Assembly: GCF_006345805.1 (NCBI RefSeq)
Contig: NC_042997.1
Span: forward strand, 159,960,001-160,024,000
Length of the DNA stretch: 64,000 nucleotides
Reading direction: 5' to 3'
From: Octopus sinensis
Lineage: Eukaryota
The notes beneath the pieces were generated by a model. That model was not told the origin of the DNA and ran no database searches. It worked only from the letters and a program-made list of their open reading frames with translations. Within the stretch, counting starts at the first letter, position 1, and every line of letters starts with the position of its first letter. This document shows positions 38,406 through 51,999 of this stretch, one piece after another. A program made the translations under genes and the position numbers.

Positions 38406-40859
38406 GCATGCTTGTTCTTCTCTGTGTATGTGCATGTGCGTGCTTGTTCTTGTCTGTGTGTGTGTGTGCATCTGTGTGTCTGTGTGTGTGTGCGTGTTCT
38501 GTTTTTATGTTGTGGAATATAGATATAGCGAAAAACAAGCACGCACACACACACACACACAAGCACAGACAAGAACAAGCGCGCACACACGCACAGAGAT
38601 AAGAACAAGCACACACACACAGTCACACAGACAAGAACAAGCATGCATATACAACGCATTAGCTTTCTTCTCCTCCTCTCCTTTTAGTAGCTGTAACGGA
38701 GGTTACGAAGATATCCGAAGTAAATTGTCGAGTTTTCACGGAAACAACCGAGGTCTCGTCATTGCTTTGTCGAGTTAAACCGAAGGATTGCCAATAATTT
38801 TTTTTTTTTTTTTCAATCTAACTCAGACAGAGTAAACAATACATAAGTTTAAAAACACCACAAAAAAACTATGCCCGGAGATAAATCTATCAACTTTAAA
38901 AATAATAATAATAACAAATACAGATCTTCGAACCCTAAGACGCTACGTTACGAGCAATGTTTTCATTCAAAGTACTCGGAGGCGGTGTTGGATCAAAAAA
39001 TTAATCCTAAACAGACATATCTGTCCCCTAATGTCAACGTCCAGGCTCGTCATGCCTCAATGATAACAAAGCAAAATACAGACCGGGTCATTCTTTACAC
39101 CTTTCATCAAGGGCCGCGTTCCTCAGTGTGGACCCAGATCGGATACGAAAAATCAGCTACTGGTTCAAATCTTCCCGAAACACAGGAGCTGGAAGTATCC
39201 CACGACCGGAATATTCCAACAGATAGCCAGCCATACTCGTCATCAAATAACCAAAAGAAAAAGAATGAAAATGGTCTAGGGGAGATAATAAAGAATTCCT
39301 AAGGCCTTCTCTCATGTAAATAGATCTAACAGTAAACAAACTTACCTAAGATGGAGACGGAAGCAGCTAGAAGTAAGACCCTGCATAGATAGTAACAAAT
39401 TTGCCAACGTTAGAAGAAACATTATGAAAAAGAAATTACTAACTGAATTAGAGATTGAACAAATTAAACAATCAGTAAAGGATAAAAAGAACGAAGCTGT
39501 ATCTAAAGAAGATACTACAGAGGAAATAATTATAGACCAGCCCAGGTTTGATAAAAATGCAGTAATGATTGAAAGAGTTAATGTAACTGATAAGCAAAGT
39601 GAAATAATCCCGGAACCAGTCATAAACACTAAGACATGAAAATCAAATAGATAAGAAAGTCACGCAGAAATTAACCCAACGGAACTATATGATATAAAAT
39701 ATCAAATCATGATTGAATCGCTGAAAATTAAGGAACCAGTATAAATGAACGTGACACCCTCCCAAAAATTCGCAATTCTAACCAAAACCTGAAAGGAATT
39801 CTAAAATCCGCGTTGCACTTAAGGATATAATTTCAGCTAATCATGTTGATATTACAGATCTGTGGTGAAAAGATTAGAAAATGACAACGACCCCCAAAAC
39901 GCCTACTTGGCAAGAGCGTATTCAGCACCAAAATCAGCTGCTTAGGTGTGACATAGAATGTTTAAAAATCTTAAGTTTGACAAGACTATCAAATCCGAAA
40001 CTTAAAAAGAAAGAACATAATATGAAAAGCATACTTGACATCGATACCACCATAGAAACTATCAAGCAAAAGGTATGTGCTAAAGCTGCCGTATAGCAAG
40101 GTATGAAAAGCGCGTTAGATTCTTCTAGGACAACAACATGTTTAGAAATAACCCAAAGCAGTTTTAAGGAAGATAGGGAAAGTACCAGTTACAGTGAAGT
40201 CTGTCCCACCAAAAGAAGTACAGGAATTTTGGAATAAAATTTGGGCAGAGGAATAACACACAATGAAAGTCCCCTTGGATTGATAGAATATGTACAAACT
40301 TAGATTCCTTAGAAGAGCAAAAGTGGGAGGGTGTCAAGATGGAGAATGTAAGATCTGCTCTCAGAAAGTTAAGCTAATGTAAGTCTCCAGGAAAGGATAA
40401 AATTCCTAATTTCTTGTTGAGTGCATTCCCAGAGAGCTACGAACTGCTAAGAAAGCTTTACAACAATGTTTTGAAACAGCCTAGTATGATTCCTTCCTTC
40501 CAAAAAATCACGAATGAAATAAACCAAACAATTATAGACCCATCACCTGCTTAACAACAATGTATAAAATAACAACATGCCTTGACTGAATATACCTAGA
40601 GTCTTTTAAAGTGGGATATTCCCTAATGAGCAAAAAGGATGTAAACAGCTGTGTTTCCTGCATTGAATAATGCAGAAAAGGATCAGAAGAGAATGTTATC
40701 GCAAGGTAAAGACAATACTCAAGACAGAACTGAATAGAAGAAACAGGATCGAAGCGATCAATACTTTAGCCATACCGGTCGTGACTTACAGTTTCAAATC
40801 ATTAACTGGTCAGTTACTGAAATATGTAATTTTGACAGAAAAATACGAGAATTGTTTGA

Positions 40860-40860
<1 letters not shown>
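38155..40860 (+). mobile_element. Dong/R4 family B, 5' portion, with an internal deletion and no 3' end
   Basis: Colinear with 15115-17060 and then 17750-17930, with a jump near 40650. Ends abruptly in (AAT)n. A MITE is inserted in its 5' UTR. Confidence 0.8.
38207..38792. mobile_element. Fold-back MITE, Merlin-like, with an 8-bp TSD
   Basis: Imperfect TIRs of ~170 bp begin GGCAATCCTTCGGTTTAACTCGACAAA. AATAATTT occurs at 38199-38206 and 38793-38800. The interior has mirror (TG)n/(CA)n tracts. Confidence 0.8.
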
Positions 40861-40924
<64 letters not shown>

Positions 40925-40926
<2 letters not shown>

Positions 40927-41070
40927 GGCGCAGGAGTGGCTGTGTGGTAAGTAGCTTACCACACAGTCCCAAGCGTCTTCTACTATAGGGCAAGCGTCTT
41001 CTACTATAGCCTCGGGCCGACCAAAGCCTTGTGAGTGGATTTGGTAAACGGAAACTGAAAGAAGCCCGTC

Positions 41071-41107
<37 letters not shown>

Positions 41108-41278
41108 TGTGTGTGCTTGTATGTCGGTGTTTGCCCCCCTAGCATTGCTTGACAACCGATGCTGGTGTGTTTATGTCAAAAGAGACCGATAGAATAATTA
41201 CTGGGCTTACAAAAGAATAAGTCCCAGGGTCGAATTGCTCGATTAAAATGACTGAAACAAGTAAAAGAGTAAAGAGTA
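40925..41278 (+). mobile_element. tRNA-derived SINE (family of 23417-23945), rearranged
   Basis: Head GGCGCAGGAGTGGCTGTGTGGTAAGTAGCTT, internal (TA)n, tail AAATGACTGAAACAAGTAAAAGAGTAAAGAG. Confidence 0.8.
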
Positions 41279-41308
41279 ATAATAATAATGATGATGATAA
41301 TAATAATG

Positions 41309-41375
<67 letters not shown>

Positions 41376-41376
41376 G

Positions 41377-44300
41377 GATTACACCGGGGGACGTTTAAGG
41401 TGTAAGAAGGAAAATTCAGAGCTCCGAAATCTATCCACAAACATCGAAAACAAGGACATCCTATGGAGCCAAAGTTTTGCTAACAAAGAATTGGACTGTA
41501 TCCGAGTAAGTAATACTAATTGAAATTTAATACTATTTTCGAAACGAAATGATGTATTTTGACTCGATATTATCTCCACCTCTAACGCAAAACATATAAA
41601 CATGCGTGGAACATCACGATCATCCCCAACCTCAAACACCATGTACAAAGGAACTACGAAGAAATTAAATGCCACCGATACTATTCAACCCAAGAATAAC
41701 AATCGAGCGGTACGTACATTAAGCCTACAACAAAAAATGTACGAAAAACTACACGTGCGAAATAATGTGACAACAGAAATAAACGGACCGGTACCCTACG
41801 AAAATGACGACCGTCAAAATAATGGGCCGGACGTTGTACCTCATGTCCCGCAAATAAAACCCAAAAGACGTAAATGGACACGTGAGGAATACATTTCTAT
41901 CTTACACGCATACTACACAGCAGTACTCTACCCCAAAAATGAAAATACAACAACACATACATATAAAATATGGAAGGAAAATAATAGAGATATAGACTTG
42001 GATACAGCAATGAACCCTAATAAATTAGCTAACGTACGAAGATGCATTCTCAACACAAAAAAATATCAGAAATAGAAATAGAACATCCTAAAAGAAAAAA
42101 TACACCAGGAAAATGTAGATAGAAGCCACACAACAATGCCCAATAATATAAACACTGAAACTATAAAACACGAAGACAAACGCAACATTCCCAACAAACA
42201 CGATGTAAACAACGAAGGGGAGCCTAATGATTATGATAATATAAAAAATAAAATAATCTTAGAACTGAAAACCACAGAGCCCAAAATGGACCACCGACCA
42301 TACCTCCCAAGAATAAAAATAAACGAAATAACAACACCAATTATAAACAGCATAAACCTAGCCGTCACTGAACTAGCCACTGAAACAAAAAAAAGTGATA
42401 TCACTGAACTAAATAACTTGATATACGCATCAGCCACTGCAGCCACAAAAGAAGCTGGATACTCACCCAAACCCGCCCAAACAGGAGTACCACCACCCAA
42501 ACAAACCCTGTGGATAAATAACATCCAAAACAAAATTTTAAAAATTAGAAAAGACCTGTCGATTCTTAATGAAATCAGCAAAGAATCAACGCTACTGAGC
42601 AACAAAAAGAGAACAGAAATGCTCCGCAAATATAACATCACAGAAAAAGATTTGCCGGAGATAAAAGAAAAGCTGAAGCAAGATATCCTTGCCAAAGCTC
42701 AAAGGATCCGCCGGTACGAGAAACGCCAACGCTTCTTTGAACAGAACAAAAAGTTCAACACCAACCCCAAAAAGTTCTACCAAGATCTGGGAAAAAATAA
42801 AATAGAATTCACTGCAGCACCAACGGCAGAAGAATTGGAAGAATTCTGGAGAGAAATATGGTCGGCGAACGAACAGCCAAAAAAAAGGAGTATCAAAATA
42901 ACAAACTCGGCATCTGAACAACTTTGGACCCCCATAACAACTGAAGAGGTCACCCAGGCACTGCAAAAACTAAGCAACTGGAAGGCACCTGGGCATGACA
43001 AGATCCCCAACTTCTGGTTGAAATATCTAACAGGAATGCACAAAAAGCAGGCTGAAAACTTTAACAGCATACTAGCAGAGCCAGAGAAAATGCCTGAATG
43101 GCTCACGAAGGGGAAAACCATCTTAATTCCCAAATCAAATGAAACAGCAAAACCAGAAAACTACAGACCAATAACCTGCCTCCCTACTATGTTCAAGGCA
43201 TTTACTGCAGTGATATCGGAAAGGCTGAACAAGCACCTGGACGAAAACAAACTGTTCCCAGAAGAGCAGAAAGGATGCCGCAAAGGCTCATATGGCTGTA
43301 AAGATCAACTAATCATTAATAAATCCGTAACTGAAGACAGCCACAGAAAGAAGAAAGGCCTCAGTATGGCCTGGATTGACTACAAAAAGGCGTTTGATAG
43401 CATCCCCCACACATGGATCCTTGAAACACTAGCCATTAACAAAGTAGCACCAACAATCATAAAATTCACAGAGCACTCTATGAATAAATGACAAACAGTC
43501 CTACATCTCCAAACAAAAGAGGGACTCATGAAAACCAAAGACATCCCCATCAGAAGAGGAATATTCCAGGGAGACATGCTCTCTCCACTCCTTTTCTGCT
43601 TGGCACTGTCACCTCTATCTGATATGCTAAATAGAACTGGATGCGGATATAAATGTTACGGCAAAACGATCAGCCACCTTTTATATATGGATGACATAAA
43701 ACTATACGCTGCAAATGACAAACAGCTGGAAACACTTTTAAAGACAGTTCATGGATTTACCAAAGAAATAGATATGAAATTTGGATTAGAAAAATGCGCC
43801 AAAGTAACCATGAAAAGAGGAAAACTAGTTAAAAGTAACAACATCACACTAGATAAAACCAATGAAATAAAAGAATTAGACCAAAGCCAAACTTACAAAT
43901 ACTTAGGAATCCATATTCAAAAGAATATTATAGACGAGTTAGATCAATACTAAAAACAGAGCTCAATGCTAAAAACAAGATAATAGGTATAAACACTTTA
44001 GCTGTCCCAGTTATAAGTTACAGCTACAATATCCTTAACTGGACACGAAATGAACTGTCCAAAATAGATAGGAAAACAAGAAAATTACTGACAGGATCTA
44101 GGATGCATCACCCAAAATCTGACATAGAAAGACTATATATACAACGTATAGAAGGTGGTAGAGGCCTTATACAGCTGGAAAACTACTATAAAATAACCAC
44201 CATAGGACTGCAAAAATACCTACTTCAGAAGGAAGAAAAACTGATCCAGATAGCAGCAAAACACGAGCAAAACAAAAAACTGTTCTCAGTATTTAAGGAA

Positions 44301-45306
44301 GCTGACAAATACAAACAAGAAATCATACCACCTAATAAACACGAAGAAGAAGAAGAAGAAGATGATGAAGAAACGACAAAAGCTATAAAACAAATGAAAT
44401 CCAAACTAAAAATAGAACAGCAACGAACCATGATAAAACGATGGCAAGAAAAGCCCCTTCATGGTAAATACTGCACTAAACTAAACGCAAAAGAAATAGA
44501 CAAAGAAAGATCCCAGCAATGGTTGAGAAGCTCAGGGCTCAAAGCAGAAACAGAGGGATTTTTAATTGCAGCACAAGACCAAAGCCTCCCCACCAGAAAT
44601 TACCAAAAACATGTAATGAAAAGAAATATTACAAGTAACTGCAGAATATGTGGAGATGGACAAGAAACAATAAATCATATTATCTCTAGAGGCCCAGTCC
44701 TGGCTAAGAAGGAATATATTCACAGACATGACAGAGTTGGAACCTACATACACTGGAAGCTATGCCAACATTATGGAATAACAACAGAAAAAAGATGGTA
44801 TAGGCACACACCAGAAAAGGTTACAGAAAACGAGAAAGCAACAATACTCTGGGATATGCCGATACACACAGATAGGGAAATTAAGGCCAACAGACCAGAT
44901 ATAGTTGTCAGAGATCATGAAGAAAAAAAATGCTTTCTAATTGATGTATCAATACCGGCAGATGACAACGTGTCTCTAAAAGAAATGGAGAAACTCTCAA
45001 AATACAAAGACCTAGAAATAGAGGTAACTAGAATGTGGAATCTGAAAACAGAAACAATTCCTATCAAAGTAGGTGCATTAGGCATGATAAAAAAATATTC
45101 AGACAAATACATAACAAAAACACCAGGACTTACAAACACATATATCATACAGAAAATTGCACTACTAGGCACTGCACACATCCTACGCAGAACACTTTCC
45201 ATACAATGACCATCAGAGCATCACAACAAATCACAGCACATACCCAAGGCACACAGAGCTGCGCTCGGTAGTGAAGTGAAAGCACGCTATAAAAATAAAA
45301 CTACTG
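41377..45306 (+). mobile_element. Dong/R4 family A, full length, inactivated
   Basis: ~225-nt 5' UTR, then a single ORF remnant 41602-45209: Myb-like KRRKWTREEY..ILHAYY, RT (YMDD), CCHC-like knuckle, RHD and PD-(D/E)xK RLE. Frameshift at ~42060, TGA at 43489, ~50-bp deletion near 43914. (AAT)n on both sides. Confidence 0.95.
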
Positions 45307-45325
45307 AATAATAATAATAATAATA

Positions 45326-45361
<36 letters not shown>

Positions 45362-45392
45362 GTTATTATTATTATTATTATTATTATTGTTA

Positions 45393-45463
<71 letters not shown>

Positions 45464-45800
45464 ACACTAATAATGAGTTGGACCCGTGAAAAATTAACGG
45501 AAAACTTTAAAAATGGTGCTTATTCTATCAGTCTCTTCTGGTGAACAGCTAAATTACAGAGACGCAAACGCACCAACATCGGTGTGAAGCAATGGTGGTG
45601 GTGGGACAAATACACACACACACATACATACATACATACATACATACATACATACATACATACATACATACATACATGATGGGATTGGAGGTAGTGATGC
45701 AGGCTGGTGCGATATTCTGGTTTGCTGGTATGCCGAGAGATCCAGCGCACAATCATACAAACATACACATACATGCACACACATACACAAACACATACTT

Positions 45801-45831
<31 letters not shown>

Positions 45832-45904
45832 GAGAGAGAGAGAGATGCAGACAGACAGACAGACAGACAGTAAGTATCAGATAGTCTACAACGAAATTTT
45901 CACC

Positions 45905-46998
45905 TCTCTTTCTCTTCCTACTTGTTGTTTTATCACTGATGCGCTCAGGCTGAGGCATCTCTGGCTTTACCTGGATGGTGAGCAGGTGTGGTCTCCGTTA
46001 GTCAAGCTGTTATTTCCACAGTTCACATCGTTTACCAAAGTGAATCCATGGATCAAGTGTAGACTGAGGTTGGGCGTGTGGCATGCAGAGTGCCATCAGG
46101 CACTCGTGTTTCTCTCCCAGTCGGGCAACGCCGGCAGGGGTACTACCTTGTTCTTCTACAGAGGGTTATTATAGTTCAAGTGTAACGACGTCCTTGGAGA
46201 AACCTAGGCTTCGACGAAGATCAACTGGCCAACCTGTTTCAAAGAACATTTGGGCCGAGGTCTATGGATAATTACCAAAAGTCCCTGGCCTGGCAATGTT
46301 ACAGAGGAGCTTTACCGGTTCGAGTTAAGCTCTTTAGACATGGGTGTGCACCTTCACCGGTTTGTGCAAGATGCGAGCAGGATAGTGGAACTGTCCAGTA
46401 CGCGATTGTGCAATGCCCCAAGGTGACTGAGCTCTGGGCTTATGTCGAAAACCTGCTGTCGCATTCGAGAAGAGTACAACTGTCTAGCGAATCTGTAATT
46501 AAGATCGTTCCGCCGACCTCCCTGTGTAGGGAGGAACAAGCCTGTTTTCTCTCGGTAGTTGCTGTTGCGAAAGAGGTTGTATGGAAGACGAGAGGGAAAG
46601 GAATTGCTACAGGCATGTTCATCTCCAATCTCGAGCTAATCGACCTTTTCGTTTTCCACATGAAACGGAAAATAAGGCTGCAGAGAAAGTGTCTGTCGGA
46701 AAGTGTGTTTCGTAAATGATGGAAGTCCACAGCAAGTATGTTGAGAGTGAAAGAAACTGTTTAAACGAGAATATAAAAAGAAGAAAACAAAGTCTTCAGT
46801 GTAAGTATGTGGTTTGTGAGTTCGACCGTGTCTTCCGCTTCATTTTTTGTAAATCACTCATTCTTATTTAATTGTACATATTTTAATTGTTTGTTTATTG
46901 ATACGTTTCATCTCACTCGATACCCTGACCCCAATGTTTGTTTTGTTTGTCCTCGTATCATTCCCTCTTTTCCTCAACCTTATGATTAATAAAGAAAT
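45905..46998 (+). mobile_element. Tx1/L1-clade LINE 3' part (mirror of 21237-22290)
   Basis: WQCYRGALPVR..L..HG..PSPVCARCEQDSGTVQYAIVQC (46264-46719). AATAAA at 46988, then (TC)n. Confidence 0.85.
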
Positions 46999-47840
46999 TC
47001 TCTCTCTCTTTCTCTCTTGCTTCCTCTATGAAAACACAAATCGAACGCCGTCACCAATCACTGCCTCTTTCACACTCTCTCATTCCCTCTCGTTCTCTCT
47101 CGTTCTCTCTCATTCTCTCTCTTACTTCCTCTGTCTTCCTCTCTCTCGCTTTTCCAGATCTTTGAAGTGTGACACATACAACATGTACGCAGAAAAGAAA
47201 AGATAGCGTATTAATATCATTGATAATAATAATAATCATTGGAACCCATAACAAAACCAAGCAAAAGAACGGCGGAGGGATAATCAGGAATACACTAAAA
47301 TAGTTGATTTATGAGTTACAAACACACTACTATGCAAGGCCCCTCAAAAAACATACAAGAATACACAACAAAATGAACAAAACCAACAGCATGTGCCATA
47401 GAAGGCCGATACCCGTCAATATAAATCTAATCCAGCAGAAGACTCAAAGAAAATCCCATAACAAAACGGACTGATACAATACAACTAATGATGCTAGACC
47501 TTTAAGGAAAGGCCTCTCACTCGGCAATGGTTCAATAACGTTACAACATGTCCACAGTATTTCACTTTGCTTATCAGTTATATTGACTCTTTTTATCATT
47601 TTCATAAGTCTGTATTTTCATAAGTCTTGGGTTGGTCTGTAATTATTTCCTCTGTAGTATCTTCTTCAGCTGTAAATTCATGCTTTTATCCCTTACTGAT
47701 TGTTTAATTAGGTCAGTCTCTAATTCAGTTAGGAAGCTTGTTAATGCTATTATTATTATTATTGTTGTTGTTGTTGTAATTATTATTATTCTTGTTGTTG
47801 TTTTTATTATTTTTTTATTGTTGTCGTTGTTATTATTATT

Positions 47841-47954
<114 letters not shown>

Positions 47955-48504
47955 GAGTGAAAGAGCAGCGTATGCCACCAAAGTGGCACTGAGGTACAGA
48001 TATCCGAAGCCCAGTATACCCATCATGACTACTTGTCTGATAAGTGTACACAAAGCATATGCATCACTACCATATGTGCGCGACATGGTGATCTCATATC
48101 AAGATAAACAGCACATGACCTTGCAGGTGGAGCCCAGTTAGAATTTTCTTCTGGTCGAGTAACCCATCCCACTCAAAAGATTCCTGAATAAGGGTTGTTT
48201 AAGGATGTTGAACGAAACACCCATGTTTCCAGAGGTGAATTATTCAAACCCCAAAGGATCCCTCTCAACACATGGCTATGATGCTCCCACACTACTTCTG
48301 CACGTGATCAGCGATGCACATATCGTCAGCCATTAAGAGACATGCTCAAGTGGTTAAGGTCAAAAAACTGACAAGCAAATCTGTGGTATTGAGCAGAATA
48401 TTTGCTGTAGACCATCTTTTATAACAAGACAAAACAATGTACATGATAACACTTCCAATCAGTTAAAATCAGAAGCCATGAGGGCCACTGCCTTGTACTG
48501 CATC
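47955..48504 (-). mobile_element. ~550-bp AAT-associated element (mirror of 19772-20332)
   Basis: Reverse-complement match to 19772-20332. Confidence 0.85.
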
Positions 48505-48544
48505 TATTATTATTATTTTTATTATTATTATTATTATTATTATT

Positions 48545-51461
48545 CAGTAGTTTTATTTTTATAGCGTGCTTTCACTTCACTACCGAGCACAGCTCTGTGT
48601 GCCTTGGGTATGTGCTGTGATTTGTTGTGATGCTCTGATGGTTATTGTATGGAAAGTGTTCTGCGTAGGATGTGTGCAGTGCCTAGTAGTGCAATTTTCT
48701 GTTTGTTATATGTGTTTGTAAGTCCTGGTGTTTTTGTTATGTATTTGTCTGAATATTTTTTTATCATGCCTAATGCACCTACTATGATAGGAATTGTTTC
48801 TGTTTTCAGATTCCACATTCTAGTTACCTCTATTTCTAGGTCTTTGTATTTTGAGAGTTTCTCCATTTCTTTTAGAGACACGTTGTCATCAGCCGGTATT
48901 GATACATCAATTAGAAAGAATTTTTTTTCTTCATGATCTCTGACAACTATATCTGGTCTGTTGGCCTTAATTTCTCTATCTGTGTGTATCGGCATATCCC
49001 AGAGTATGGTTGCTTTCTCGTTTTCTGTGACCTTTTCTGGTGGGTGCCTATACCATCTTTTTTCTGTTGTTATTCCATAATGTTGGCATAGCTTCCAATG
49101 TATGTAGGTTCCAACTCTGTCATGTCTGTGAATATATTCCTCCTTAGCCAAGACTGGGCAGCTAGAGATAATATGATTTATTGTTTCTTGTCCATCTCCA
49201 CATATTCTGCAGTTACTTGTAATATTTCTTTTCATTACATGTTTTTGGTAATTTCTGGTGGGCTTTGGTCTTGTGCTGCAATTAAAAATCCCTCTGTTTC
49301 TGCTTTGAGTCCTGAGCTTCTCAACCATTGCTGGGATTTTTCTTTGTCTATTTCTTTTGCGTTTAGTTTAGTGCAGTATTTACCATGAAGGGGCTTTTCT
49401 TGCCATCGTTTTATTATGGTTCGTTGCTGTTCTATTTTTAGTTTGGGTTTCATTTGTTTTATAGCTTTTGTTGTTTCTTCATCTCCTTCTTCTTCTTCAT
49501 GTTTATTAGGTGGTATGATTTCTTGTTTGTATTTGTCAGCTTCCTTAAATACTGAGAACAGTTTTTTGTTTTGCTCGTGTTTTGCCGCTATCTGGATCAG
49601 TTTTCCTTCCTTCTGTAGTAGATATTTTTGCAGTCCTATGGTGGTTATTTTATAGTAGTTTTCCAGCTGTATAAGGCCTCTACCACCTTCTATACGTTGT
49701 ATATATAGTCTTTCTATGTCAGATTTTGGGTGATGCATCCTAGATCCTGTCATTATTTTTCTTGTTTTCCTATCTATTTTGGTCAGTTCATTTCGTGTCC
49801 AGTTAAGGATATTGTAGCTGTAACTTATAACTGGGACAGCTAAAGTGTTGATACCTATTATCTTGTTTTTAGCATTGAGCTCTGTTTTTAGTATTGATCT
49901 AACTCGTCTATAATATTCTTTTTTTATTTTCTCTTTCATTTGTGTGTGTTGTGTCTTATCTAGTTCATGGATTCCTAAGTATTTGTAAGTTTGGCTTTGA
50001 TCTAATTCTTTTATTTCATTGGTTTTATCTAGTGTGATGTTGTTACTCTTAACTAGTTTTCCTCTTTTCATGGTTACTTTGGCGCATTTTTCTAATCCAA
50101 ATTTCATATCTATTTCTTTGGTAAATCCATGAACTGTCTTTAATAGTGTTTCCAGCTGTTTGTCATTTGCAGCGTATAGTTTTAGGTCATCCATATATAA
50201 AAGGTGGCTGATCGTTTTGCCGTAACATTTATATCGGCATCCAGTTCTATTTAGCATATCAGATAGAGGTGACAGTGCCAAGCAGAAAAGGAGTGGAGAG
50301 AGCGTGTCTCCCTGGAATATTCCTCTTCTGATGGGGATGTCTTTGGTTTTCATGAGTCCCTCTTTTGTTTGCCATTTATTCATAGAGTGCTCTATGAATT
50401 TTATGATTGTTGGTGCGACTTTGTTAATGGCTAGTGTTTCGAGGATCCATGTGTGGGGGATGCTATCAAACGCCTTTTTGTAATCAATCCAGGCCATACT
50501 GAGGCCTTTCTTCTTTCTGTGGCTGTCTTCAGTTATGGCTTTATTAATCATTAGTTGATCTTTACAGCCATATGAGCCTTTGCGGCATCCTTTCTGCTCT
50601 TCTGGGAACAGTTTGTTTTCGTCCAGGTGCTTGTTCAGCCTTTGTGATATCACTGCAGTAAATGCCTTGAACATAGTAGGGAGGCAGGTTATTGGTCTGT
50701 AGTTTTCTGGTTTTTCTATTTCATTTGATTTGGGAATTAAGATGGTTTTCCCCTTCGTGAGCCATTCAGGCATTGTCTCTGGCTCTGCTAGTACGTTGTT
50801 AAAGTTTTCAGCCAGCTTTTTGTGCATTCCTGTTAGATATTTCAACCAGAAGTTGGGGATCTTGTCATGCCCAGGTGCCTCCCAGTTGCTTAGTCTTTGC
50901 AGTGCCTGGGTGACCTCTTCAGTTGTTATGGGGGTCCAAAGTTGTTCAGATGCCGAGTTTGTTATTTTGATACTCCTTTTTTTTTGGTTGTTCGTTCGCC
51001 GATCATATTTCTCCCCAGAATTCTTCCAATTCTTCTGCCGTTGGTGCTGCAGTGACTTCTATTTTATTTTTCCCAGTTCTTGGTAGAACTTTTTGGGGTT
51101 AGAGTTTTTGTTTTGTTCAAAGAAGCGTTGGCGTTTCTTGTACCGGCGGATCCTTTGTGCTTTGGCAAGAATATCTTGCTTCAGCTTTTCTTTTATTTCA
51201 GGGAAATCTTTCTCCGTGATGTTATATTTGCGGAGTATTTCTGTTCTCTTTTTGTTGCTCAGTAGCGTTGATTGTTTGCTGATTTCATTAAGAATCGACA
51301 GGTCTTTTCTAATTTTTTTATTTTGCTTTGGATGTTTTTTATCCACAGGGTTTGTTTGGGTGGTGGTACTCCTGTTTGGGCGGGTTTGGGTGAGTATCCA
51401 GCTTCTTTTGTGGCTGCAGTGGCTGCTGCGTATATTAGGTTATTTAGCTCAGTTATATCAC

Positions 51462-51466
<5 letters not shown>
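48545..51466 (-). mobile_element. Dong/R4 family A, 5'-truncated, present in the right arm only
   Basis: ORFs 49235-50845 (RT) and 48642-49328 (knuckle plus RLE) are split by a small deletion near 49260. The mirror site 19700-19770 is plain (AAT)n. Confidence 0.95.
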
Positions 51467-51498
<32 letters not shown>

Positions 51499-51511
51499 GT
51501 AGTAGTAGAAT

Positions 51512-51547
<36 letters not shown>

Positions 51548-51999
51548 CAGTTGTAGTATAGACGTCACACAGTATACAATATAGTGAAGATATTGTGTCT
51601 ACCAGGGGTTTGTACTGTTTGTCATGTCCCAACAGGGACCTCAGACAGACTGTATTTTACGCAGTATGCCTGCAGTTCCAAGTAATGCCGATATACATTG
51701 TAGGATATTTGTAAAGTTTTTTTCAGATTGGGTGGTATTGAACCAAATGGTCGGATGACAGCAGGGATAAACTTTATGCTTGACTCTCTTGGTTGCCCCA
51801 ACTTAGCGATCTCAATTCCTTCCCAAGTCTCCATATTTATCAATCTCTCCTCTTTCTTTCATGACGATATGTTGATCTCCTGGCACTACCACATCAATTA
51901 TTAGTCAATCTTGCTTTTCCCTCCTAAATGTTACTATATCCGGCCTTCGGATATCTTCTCTAATTATTATTCAACATTATTATGCTTGACTTTGGCATT

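Noticed and set aside
41377-41601. HDV-like ribozyme in the family A 5' UTR
   Set aside because: These are known from some R2/R4 elements, but I could not build the nested double pseudoknot by eye. The short ACACC/GGTGT stem is not conserved in the other copy.
42231-43577. Recurrent antisense ORFs opposite family A (also 26216-27264, 32837, 34609, 44225, 50730)
   Set aside because: They recur only because the copies are near-identical. They are shadows of the A-rich sense ORF with no domain signal.
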